This document shows positions 24,131 to 34,920 of a DNA stretch of 47,373 nucleotides, in pieces. Position numbers and translations under genes: made by a program. Each line of letters starts with the position of its first letter. The first letter of the stretch is position 1. The DNA comes from Hydrurus foetidus. Lineage: Eukaryota. Under the pieces are notes generated by a model. It saw only the letters and a program-made list of their open reading frames with translations. It did not search any database and was not told the origin of the DNA. The stretch is taken from contig UYFQ01000079.1 in NCBI GenBank assembly GCA_900617105.1, positions 1-47,373 of the forward strand, read 5' to 3'.

Positions 24131-27100
24131 CAGTGCAGTGCAGTGGGTGCAGTGCAGTGCAGTGCAGTGCAGTGCGGTGCAGTGCAGTGCCAGTGCAGTG
24201 CAGTGCGTGCGGTGCAGTGCAGTGCAGTGCGGTGCAGTGCAGTGCAGTGCAGTGCAGTGCGGTGCAGTGCAGTGCAGTGCGGTGCGGTGCGGTGCGAGTG
24301 CGGTGCAGTGCGGTGCGGAGTGCGGTGCAGTGCGGAGTGCGAGTGCGGTGCGGTGCAGTGCGGTGCGGTGCAGTGCGGTGCGGTGCGAGTGCGTGCAGTG
24401 CGGTGCGGTGCGGTGCGGTGCGGTGCAGGTGCGGTGCAGTGCAGTGCAGTGCGGTGCGGTGCAGTGCAGTGCAGTGCAGTGCGGTGCAGTGCGGTGCGGT
24501 GCGGTGCGGTGCAGTGCGGTGCGGTGCAGTGCGGTGCGGTGCGGTGCGGTGCGGTGCGGTGCGGTGCAGTGCGGTGCAGTGCGTGTGCGGTGCAGTGCGG
24601 TGCAGTGCAGTGCGTGCGGTGCGGTGCGGTGCAGTGCGGTGCGGTGCGGTGCGTGCGGTGCGGTGCAGTGCGGTGCAGTGCAGTGCGGTGCGGTGCGGTG
24701 CAGTGCAGTGCGGTGCAGTGCAGTGCGGTGCGGTGCGGTGCGTGCAGTGCGGTGCGGTGCGGTGCGGTGCGGTGCGGTGCGGTGCGGTGCAGTGCGGTGC
24801 GGTGCGGTGCGGTGCAGTGCGGTGCGAGTGCGTGCGGTGCAGTGCGGTGCAGTGCGAGTGCAGTGCGGTGCAGTGCGGTGCGGTGCGGTGCAGTGCGGTG
24901 TAGTGCGGAGTGCAGTGCGGTGCAGTGCAGTGCGGTGCAGTGCAGTGCAGTGCAGTGCAGTGCAGTGCAGTGCGGTGCGGTGCAGTGTGGTGCGGTGCAG
25001 TGCGGTGCGGTGCGGTGCGGTGCGGTGCGGTGCGGTGCGGTGCAGTGCAGTGCAGTGCAGTGCAGTGCAGTGCAGTGCAGTGCAGTGCGGTGCGTGCAGT
25101 GCGGTGCGGTGCGGTGCGGTGCAGTGCGGTGCGAGTGCGGTGCGGTGCAGTGCAGTGCGGTGCAGTGCGGTGCGGTGCGGTGCAGTGCGGTGCGTGCGGT
25201 GCGGTGCAGTGCGGTGCGGTGCGGTGCGGTGCGTGCGGTGCGGTGCGTGCGGTGCGGTGCGGTGCAGTGCGGTGCGGTGCGGTGCGGTGCGGTGCGGTGT
25301 GCGGTGCGTGCGGTGCGGTGTGGTGCGGTGCGGTGCGGTGCGGTGCAGTGCGGTGCGGTGCGGTGCGGTGCGGTGCGGTGCGGTGCGGTGCGGTGCGGTG
25401 CGGTGCGGTGCGGTGCGGTGCGGTGCAGTGCGGTGCGGTGCGGTGCGGTGCGGTGCGGTGCAGTGCGGTGCAGTGCGGTGCGGTGCGGTGCGGTGCAGTG
25501 CAGTGCAGCGGTGCAGTGCAGTGCGGTGCAGTGCAGTGCGGTGCGGTGCGGTGCGGTGCGGTGCGGAGTGCGGTGCGGTGCAGTGCGGTGCAGTGCGGTG
25601 CGGTGCGGTGCGGTGCGGTGCGGTGCAGTGCGGTGCGGTGCGGTGCAGTGCGGTGCGGTGCAGTGCGGTGCGGTGCGGTGCAGTGCGGTGCGGTGCGTGC
25701 GGTGCGGTGCGGTGCGGTGCGGTGCGGTGCGGTGCGGTGCGGTGCGGTGCGGTGCGGTGCGGTGCGGTGCGGTGCGGTGCGGTGCGGTGCGGTGCGGTGC
25801 GGTGCGGTGCGGTGCAGTGCGGTGCGGTGCGGTGCAGTGCGGTGCGGTGCGGTGCGGTGCGGTGCGGTGCGGTGCGGTGCGGTGCGGTGCGGTGCGGTGC
25901 GGTGCGGTGCGGTGCGGTGCGGTGCGGTGCGGTGCGGTGCAGTGCGGTGCGGTGCGGTGCGGTGCGGTGCGGTGCGGTGCGGTGCGGTGCGGTGCGGTGC
26001 GCAGTGCGGTGCGGTGCGGTGCAGTGCAGTGCGGTGCGGTGCAGTGCAGTGCGGTGCGCAGTGCAGTGCGGTGCGGTGCAGTGCGGTGCGGTGCAGTGCG
26101 GTGCAGTGCGGTGCAGTGCAGTGCGGTGCGGTGCGGTGCGGTGCGGTGCGGTGCGGTGCGGTGTGGTGCAGTGCGGTGCGGTGCAGTGCAGTGCGGTGCG
26201 GTGTAGTGTAGTGTAGTGTTGTGTAGTGTTGTGTATTGTTGTGTATTGTTGTGTAGTGCAGTGCAGTGTGGTGCGGTGCGGTGCGGTGCGGTGCGGTGCG
26301 GTGCGAGTGCGGTGCGGTGCGGTGCGTGCGCGGTGCGGTGCGGTGCGGTGCGGTGCGGTGCGGTGCGGTGCGGTGCGGTGCAGTGCAGAGTGCGGTGCAG
26401 TGCAGTGCGGTGCAGTGCAGTGCAGTGCGGTGCAGTGCGGTGCGGTGCAGAGTGCAGTGCGGTGCGGTGCGGTGCGGTGCAGTGCAGTGCGGTGCGGTGC
26501 GGTGCGGTGCGGTGCGGTGCGGTGCAGTGCGGTGCGGTGCGGTGCGGTGCGGTGCGGTGCGGTGCGGTGCGGTGCAGTGCAGTGCGGTGCGGTGCGGTGC
26601 GGTGCGGTGCAGTGCGGTGCGGTGCGAGTGCGGTGCAGTGCAGTGCGGTGCAGTGCAGTGCAGTGCGGTGCGGTGCAGTGCAGTGCAGTGCGGTGCGGTG
26701 CAGTGCGGTGCGGTGCGGTGCGGTGCGGTGCGGTGCGGTGCAGTGCAGTGCAGTGCGGTGCGGTGCGGTGCGGTGCGGTGCGGTGCAGTGCAGTGCGGTG
26801 CGTGCGGTGGGTGCAGTGCGGTGCGGTGCGGTGCGCGGTGCGGTGCGGGTGCGGTGCGGTGCGGTGCGGTGCGGTGCGGTGCGGTGCGGTGCGGTGCAGT
26901 GCGGGTGCGGTGCGGTGCGGTGCGGTGCGGTGCGGTGAGTGCGGTGCGGTGCGGTGCGGTGCGGTGCGGTGCGGTGCGGTGCGGTGCGGTGCGGTGCGGT
27001 GCGGTGCGGTGCGGTGCGGTGCGGTGCGGTGCGGTGCGGTGCGGTGCGGTGCGGTGCGGTGCGGTGCGGTGCGGTGCGGTGCGGTGCGGTGCGGTGCGGT

Positions 27101-30100
27101 GCGGTGCGGTGCAGTGCGGTGCGGTGCGGTGCGGTGCAGTGCGAGTGCGGTGCAGTGCGGTGCGGTGCGGTGCAGTGCAGAGTGCAGTGCAGTGCAGTGC
27201 GGTGCGGTGCAGTGCAGTGCAGTGCAGTGCGGTGCGGTGCGGTGCGGTGCAGTGCGGTGCAGTGCGGTGCAGTGCGGTGCGGTGCAGTGCAGTGCAGTGC
27301 GGTGCGGTGCGGTGCGGTGCGGTGCGGTGCAGTGCGGTGCGGTGCGGTGCGGTGCAGTGCAGTGCAGTGCGGTGCGGTGCGGAGTGCGGTGCGGTGCAGT
27401 GCGGAGTGCGGTGCGGTGCGGTGCGGTGCAGTGCGGTGCAGTGCAGTGCAGTGCAGTGCGGTGCAGTGCAGTGCGGTGCAGTGCAGTGCAGTGCAGTGCA
27501 GTGCGGTGCGGTGCGGTGCGGTGCGGTGCGGTGCGGTGCGGTGCGGTGCGGTGCAGTGCGGTGCAGTGCGGTGCGGTGCGGTGCGGTGCGGTGCGGTGCG
27601 GTGCGGTGCGGTGCGGTGCGGTGCGGTGCGGTGCGGTGCGGTGCGGTGCGGTGCAGTGCGGTGCGGTGCGGTGCGGTGCGGTGCGGTGCGGTGCGGTGCG
27701 GTGCGGTGCGGTGCGGTGCGGTGCGGTGCGGTGCGGTGCGGTGCGAGTGCGGTGCAGTGCGGTGCGGTGCGGTGCGGTGCGGTGCGGTGCGGTGCGGTGC
27801 GGTGCGGTGCGGTGCGGTGCGGTGCGGTGCGGTGCGGTGCGGTGCGGTGCGGTGCGGTGCGGTGCGGTGCGGTGCGGTGCGGTGCGGTGCGCAGTGCGGT
27901 GCGGTGCGGTGCAGTGCAGTGCGGTGCGGTGCGGTGCGGTGCAGTGCGGTGCGGTGCGGTGCGAGTGCGGTGCGGTGCGGTGCGGTGCGGTGCAGTGCGG
28001 TGCAGTGCGGTGCGGTGCGGTGCGGTGCGGTGCGGTGCGGTGCGGTGCGGTGCGGTGCGGTGCGGAGTGCGGTGCGGTGCGGTGCGGTGCGAGTGCAGTG
28101 CGGTGCGGTGCGGTGCGCGGTGCGGTGCGGTGCGGTGCGGTGCGGTGCGGTGCGGTGCGGTGCGGTGCGGTGCGTGCGGTGCGGTGCGGTGCAGTGCGGT
28201 GCGGTGCGGTGCGGTGCGAGTGCGGTGCGGTGCGGTGCGGTGCAGTGCGGTGCGGTGCGGTGCGGTGCGGTGCGGTGCGGTGCGGTGCGGTGCGGTGCGG
28301 TGCGGTGCGGTGCGGTGCGGTGCAGTGCGGTGCGGTGCGGTGCGGTGCGGTGCGGTGCGGTGCGGTGCGGTGCGGTGCGGTGCGGTGCGGTGCGGTGCGG
28401 TGCGGTGCGGTGCGGTGCGGTGCGGTGCGGTGCGGTGCGGTGCGGTGCGGTGCAGTGCGGTGCGGTGCGGTGCGGTGCGGTGCGGTGCGGTGCGGTGCGG
28501 TGCGGTGCGTGCAGTGCGGTGCGGTGCGGTGCGGTGCGGTGCGGTGCAGTGCGGTGCGGTGCAGTGCAGTGCGGTGCAGTGCAGTGCGGTGCAGTGCAGT
28601 GCAGTGCGGTGCGGTGCGGTGCGGTGCGGTGCGGTGCAGTGCAGTGCAGTGCAGTGCGGTGCGGTGCGGTGCGGTGCGGTGCGAGTGCGGTGCGGTGCGG
28701 TGCGGTGCGGTGCGGTGCGGTGCAGTGCGGTGCGGTGCGGTGCGGTGCGGTGCGGTGCGGTGCGGTGCGGTGCGGTGCGGTGCGGTGCGGTGCGGTGCGG
28801 TGCGGTGCGGTGCGGTGCGGTGCAGTGCGGTGCGGTGCGCAGTGCGGTGCGGTGCGGTGCAGTGCGGTGCGGTGCAGTGCGGTGCGGTGCGGTGCGGTGC
28901 GGTGCGGTGCGGTGCGGTGCGGTGCGGTGCGGTGCGGTGCGGTGCGGTGCGGTGCGGTGCGGTGCAGTGCGGTGCGGTGCGGTGCGGTGCGGTGCGGTGC
29001 GGTGCGGTGCGGTGCGGTGCGGTGCAGTGCGGTGCGGTGCGGTGCGGTGCGGTGCGGTGCGGTGCGGTGCAGTGCGGTGCGGTGCGGTGCGGTGCGGTGC
29101 GGTGCGGTGCGGTGCGGTGCGGTGCAGTGCGGTGCGGTGCGGTGCGGTGCAGTGCGGTGCGGTGCGGTGCGGTGCGGTGCGGTGCGGTGCGGTGCGGTGC
29201 GGTGCGGTGCGGTGCGGTGCGGTGCGGTGCAGTGCAGTGCGGTGCGGTGCGGTGCGGTGCGGTGCGCGGTGCAGTGCGGTGCGGTGCGGTGCGGTGCGGT
29301 GCGGTGCGGTGCGGTGCGGTGCGGTGCGGTGCAGTGCGTGTGCGGTGCGGTGCAGTGCGGTGCGGTGCGGTGCGGTGCAGTGCGGTGCGCAGTGCAGTGC
29401 GGTGCAGTGCGGTGCAGTGCGGTGCGGTGCGGTGCGGTGCGGTGCGGTGCGGTGCGGTGCGGTGCGGTGCAGTGCGGTGCGGTGCGGTGCGGTGCGGTGC
29501 GGTGCGGTGCGGTGCGGTGCGGTGCGGTGCGGTGCGGTGCGGTGCGGTGCGGTGCGGTGCGGTGCGGTGCGGTGCAGTGCGGTGCAGTGCGGTGCGGTGC
29601 GGTGCGGTGCGGTGCGGTGCGGTGCGGTGCGGTGCGGTGCGGTGCGGTGCGGTGCGGTGCGGTGCAGTGCGGTGCGGTGCGGTGCGGTGCGGTGCGGTGC
29701 GGTGCGGTGCGGTGCGGTGCGGTGCAGTGCGGTGCGGTGCGGTGCAGTGCAGTGCGGTGCGGTGCGGTGCAGTGCGGTGCAGTGCGGTGCGGTGCGGTGC
29801 GGTGCAGTGCGGTGCGGTGCGCAGTGCGGTGCGGTGCAGTGCGGTGCGGTGCGGTGCGGTGCGGTGCGGTGCGGTGCAGTGCGGTGCGGTGCAGTGCGGT
29901 GCGGTGCGGTGCGGTGCGGTGCGGTGCGGTGCAGTGCGGTGCGGTGCGAGTGCAGTGCGGTGCGGTGCGGTGCGGTGCGGTGCAGTGCGGTGCGGTGCGG
30001 TGCGGTGCGGTGCGGTGCGGTGCGGTGCGGTGCGGTGCGGTGCGGTGCGGTGCGGTGCGGTGCGGTGCGGTGCGGTGCGGTGCGGTGCGTGCGGTGCGAG

Positions 30101-31860
30101 TGCGGTGCGGTGCGGTGCGGTGCGGTGCGGTGCGGTGCGGTGCGGTGCAGGTGCGAGTGCGGTGCGGTGCGGTGCGGTGCGGTGCGGTGCGGTGCGGTGC
30201 GGTGCGGTGCAGTGCGGTGCGGTGCGTGCGGTGCAGTGCGGTGCAGTGCGGTGCGGTGCAGTGCAGTGCGGTGCGGTGCGGTGCGGTGCGGTGCGGTGCG
30301 GTGCGGTGCGGTGCAGTGCAGTGCGGTGCGGTGCAGTGCGGTGCGGTGCGGTGCAGTGCGGTGCGGTGCGGTGCGAGTGCGGTGCAGTGCGGTGCGGTGC
30401 GGTGCGGTGCGGTGCGGTGCAGTGCGGTGCGGTGCGGTGCGGTGCGGTGCAGTGCAGGTGCAGTGCGGTGCGGAGTGCGCGGTGCGGTGCGGTGCGGTGC
30501 GGTGCGGTGCGGTGCGGTGCGGTGCGGTGCGGTGCGGTGCGGTGCGGTGCGGTGCGGTGCGGTGCGGTGCGGTGCGGTGCGGTGCGGTGCGGTGCAGTGC
30601 GGTGCAGTGCGGTGCGGTGCGGTGCGGTGCGGTGCGGTGCGGTGCAGTGCGGTGCGGTGCGGTGCGGTGCGGTGCGGTGCGGTGCGGTGCGGTGCGGTGC
30701 GGTGCGGTGCGGTGCGGTGCGGTGCGGTGCGGTGCGGTGCGGTGCGGTGCGGTGCGGTGCGGTGCGGTGCGGTGCGGTGCGGTGCGGTGCGGTGCGGTGC
30801 GGTGCGGTGCAGTGCGGTGCGGTGCAGTGCAGTGCGGTGCGGTGCGGTGCGAGTGCAGTGCGGTGCGGTGTGGTGCGGTGCGGTGCGGTGCGGTGCGGTG
30901 CAGTGCGGTGCGGTGCAGTGCGGTGCGGTGCGGTGCGGTGCGGTGCGGTGCGGTGCAGTGCGGTGCGGTGCGGTGCGGTGCGGTGCAGTGCAGTGCGGTG
31001 CAGTGCGGTGCAGTGCACAGTGCGGTGCGAGTGCGGTGCGCAGTGCGGTGCGGTGCGGTGCAGTGCAGTGCGGTGCGGTGCGGTGCGGTGCAGTGCGGTG
31101 CGGTGCGGTGCAGCGGTGCGGTGCGTGTGCGGTGCGGTGCGGTGCGGTGCGGTGCGGTGCGGTGCGGTGCGGTGCGGTGCGGTGCGGTGCGGTGCGGTGC
31201 GGTGCGGTGCGGTGCGGTGCGGTGCGGTGCGGTGCGGTGCGGTGCGGTGCGGTGCGGTGCAGTGCGGTGCGGTGCGGTGCGGTGCGGTGCGGTGCGGTGC
31301 GGTGCGGTGCGGTGCGGTGCGGTGCGTGCGGTGCGGTGCGGTGCGGTGCGGTGCGGTGCGGTGCGGTGCAGTGCGGTGCAGTGCAGTGCAGTGCGGTGCG
31401 GTGCGGTGCGGTGCGGTGCGGTGCGGTGCGGTGCGGTGCGGTGCAGTGCGGTGCAGTGCGGTGCAGTGCAGTGCGGTGCAGTGCGCGGTGCGGTGCGGTG
31501 CGGTGCGGTGCAGTAGTGCGGTGCGGTGCGGTGCGGTGCGGTGCGGTGCGTAGTGCGGTGCGAGTGCGGTGCGGTGCGGTGCGGTGCGGTGCAGTGCGGT
31601 GCGTGCTGAGTGCGGTGCGGTGCGGTGCTGCAGTGCGGTGCGGTGCGGTGCAGTGCGGTGCAGTGCGAGTGCGGTGCGGTGCTGCAGTGCGGTGCGGTGC
31701 GGTGCGGTGCGGTGCAGTGCGGTGCGGTGCGGTGCGGTGCGATGCTGTGCGGTGCGGTGCGGTGCGGTGCGCAGTGCGGTGCGTGCGGTGCGGTGCGGTG
31801 CAGTGCGGTGCGGTGCGGTGCGTGCTGTGCGATGCTGATGCGGATGCTGATGCTGATGCT
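24131..31860. repeat. 7.7 kb pentamer satellite (GTGCG/GTGCA)n, about 1,500 units
   Basis: Seen directly. Richer in GTGCA at the left end and mostly GTGCG further right; degenerate GTGTA/GTATT patch at about 26200-26255. Confidence 0.98.
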
Positions 31861-34233
31861 GTGCGGTGATGGTGCCGTGCAGAGGCATCTTTTTCTCGAA
31901 GATGCGAGTGAGTGCGGCAGTGCGGTGGGTGCTGAGTGGGCCATGTACTTGTACATGGTTCTCCACCACCTCACGAAACTGAGTCATGCAGCGCATCTCA
32001 ATCTCCCTTTTGTTGTAACAAAAGGCGAGATGGACTTCGAGAAATGCTCAGCTAGTGACTGCCCCAGCTGTGTGTCCGCGCGAAAGTAGCGCAGGACTAA
32101 TTGCGCTACTTGAGGGACCGTCAGTGTTTGGAGCCACACTTTACGTGTCTCTTCCGCATATGGATAATCTTGATCCGTATGGATCTGATCATCGATACAC
32201 CTGACTGCTTTAGTCGAGATGACTTGACCAACATCATAGTTGTTGGTCCACCTCTGGGAGTGTTCGAAAAACTCCCGTGCGGCCTCTTGTCCAATAATGC
32301 CTGACGCATTCACGTTGAGAACGTAAAGTACCGTTTGCAAGGCAATAGCGGAGATGGGTCGAGAACCATCGTCCACAGCACGGCCACCCACTACAAGCGC
32401 TGTAGATGCCGCATTGGGTGTGGCAAACTGTACCGCGGGTACGTTGATCGGTGACGTACGATCGTGTATGTACCGTGGTATCGGTGGTCGTACCGGGGGC
32501 GCTGCATTGGGGTCGGGACCGCCCCCTGCCGTTTGTGCACGGAATGCTGCTGTTTGCTGCTCGTAATCGATTTTGCGATCCGTTGCAGGCAGTACCACGA
32601 TGTCTGGAGGATCCAAGGGGAGTGGGTTAGGAACCCGAATTTCCCGTGGGATCTCCTGGATGACTCGTTGGGGTTGTGGGTTGTAATCCGTGTCACCGGT
32701 GAACGTACGTACGTATGTAGGCCGTTCCGGTGACCCTGGTGGGGAAGCTTGTCGCTTGCGTGATGTGGGACCCTCTTGTGGAGGTGACGCGCGTTTGCGA
32801 GGAACGTCCGCTGTGCGGGTTATTGTCTCCACATTTTCGGGGATGCGCGTATCGCGACTCTCGAGTAGTCGAGAGTTGTCGGTAACGCGTACGGTTGCCC
32901 GTGGAGTCGCACGTTCGTCCTCGTACTGGTTGTCGTTGTACTGACGACCGTCAGTATTACGGTTGCCCCGGTTGAAGGTATCCTGTTGGCGACGATTGTC
33001 TCCTTGAGGATAATCCCTTGGGGGACTGTCATCGTAACCCTGTGGGGGTTCTCGACGACTTCTCCTATTGGGGTTGTTGTCTCCCTGACGGAAACTGTCG
33101 TTGTTGTCGTCGCGAGAATTATCGAAACTGCGAGTGTTAGTCGAATAATTTCCCCTGTTTGGGTTGTCATTACGACGAGAATCCTCGTAATTACGATTAT
33201 CCCTTTGGGGGTTATCGTTGTGACGTTGGAAAGTGTCTCTGCGATTATCCCTGTTAGGGTTGTCGTCTTGTTGGCGATGGTCGTGCTCGCGACGCCCGTC
33301 ATTCTGACGTGGGTTGTCGTCGTTGCGACGATTGTCGCTGTTGCGTCGATCGTCGTATTGACGTCTGTTGTCGTCGTTGAATTGGGTGTCGTAGCCGCGA
33401 CGACCATCGTTGTCGTGACTGTCGTCATTCTGACGGTAATTGTCGTTATAACGACGATTATCGCTCTGACTTTTGTCGTTGCGGCGATCGTCGTTATATT
33501 GACGTCCCTCGTTATCGTAACGAACGTCGTTACGGTGCTCCGTACCGTATGAAGGGCCCGTATTACGGTTGTCCCTGGGAGGGTTGGAGTCATCGTAGGT
33601 ACGACGATTGTCGTTGTGACTTTGATTGTCATCATTAAAACGTCGATAATCGTTGTTGTTCCGATTATCGTCATTGTATTGGCGTTGGTTAGAATCGTGG
33701 CGTTGACGGTTATCGTAACGATTACCGTCACCACCGTCTTCGCTACCACTCTGTTGGTTCTGAGTGGGCGAGTAGTCGCCCGTTGCATCTCCGTCGACGG
33801 GGTTATTCCGACGAGTTGAGTTGTCGTAACTGTCGAGGCCCTGACGACGGAGGTATCGTTGCGGGGGTGAATCTATACGGCGGCGGGGGTTAGTATCGCC
33901 GTCGTCATCATCCCGGTCAGGGTTGCCGTTATGGCGTGTCTGATGACGATTTGCGTCTGACGAACGCAACGTGACATTGTCATGTTGTCGCGTCGTCTGA
34001 ATGTCGTCGTCGTCGTCGTTATGACGATTAGGCGGCGCCTGATTGGAACTGTTGGTAGGTCCCAGTATTGTTACTGGGAATACCGGGCGATCAGTTCCGT
34101 CAGACGCAGCTACTGCTGTCGGCGCTGTTGGTGTCGACTGAGTTATCGTAACTGTCGTCGCTGCCGGAACTACTTGAGTAGTTAATTCGGCGAGCGACGG
34201 CGATATCTCCGAAGAGTCATCGGATAACGGCAT
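31860..34233 (-). mobile_element. Truncated gag of another Gypsy family (element E) with a long N/D/R/Q-rich N-terminal region
   Basis: 749-aa ORF plus a frameshifted continuation (EIEMRCMTQFREVV...TRIFEKKMPLHGTIT) that resembles B2 Gag (NVELAAIARLRDIL...CKIIYKKLPLDNKFT). Runs into the satellite. Confidence 0.65.
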
Positions 34234-34651
34234 TGTTAAATGACTTATTGCTTGACAATTTCAAGTAGCGGAAGTCGCCAAAAAAAATTTGCAAGGGCTT
34301 CGCCTCGTGCCGTTTGGATGAAAATCAAACAGACGATTAGGCGAAGTTAAATAAGTCAAATAAAGTCTGGACGGATGAATGAATCAATCCGTACAGAATG
34401 AGCCGGGATTGGGAGACTTGCTCGACCAACCACGAGAACGGCGTGGAAGACAAAGCTATCCACGGACGTCAGCCAAGCAAAGCTTGAGGCGAGAGATGGG
34501 CAGAAGTTAACTGAGTTAACTCTACACAATAGTTTGGGATTGCTGAGATGAAACTCAAGCAACCACAAGACAGTCAAGTATCGGGAGATTCCGAGTGACT
34601 AAGTTTACGGCGACCAGACTTCGGAGACTTGCTCGCGATAGTAAGAATTGC

Positions 34652-34920
34652 ATCGGTGGTGTACTCTTCCAAATTGTCAACACCGTGTGGAGACCAATTG
34701 CCTTTATAAGCAAATCTCTATCGGCAACACAAATTAATTGGTCGACGATACAAAAAGAAGCTTATGCCATCTTTTTCTGTTGCCAACAACTCGATTATCT
34801 CATTCGAGACCGAAAGTTCACTATTCATACTGACCATATGAATTTGACTTACATGAAACAAAACCCTACCTCAATGGTAGCACGGTAGTTCATTGCAATG
34901 AGTCCATTTCTCCGACCACA
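34652..34920 (+). mobile_element. Relic of an A-family element: RNase H fragment plus an LTR terminus
   Basis: IGGVLFQIV...WSTIQKEAYAIF...NPTSMVAR*FIAM closely matches element A. Ends TCCGACCACA, the reverse complement of the first 10 nt of the A LTR. Confidence 0.85.

Noticed and set aside
24131..31860. CRISPR-like or information-coding array (A/G variant pattern)
   Set aside because: No unique spacers and no higher-order period that I can see; eukaryotic context; variants look like slippage or base-calling noise.
24122..31996. Giant ORFs of up to 2624 aa (HRTAP/CGAVR repeats)
   Set aside because: A stop-free pentamer repeat is open in every frame. Only the first ~40 codons at the right end are real (gag E).
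32820..33788. Thr-rich and Val-rich ORFs overlapping gag E
   Set aside because: Alternate-frame shadows of GAC/AAC/CGA-rich low-complexity codons.
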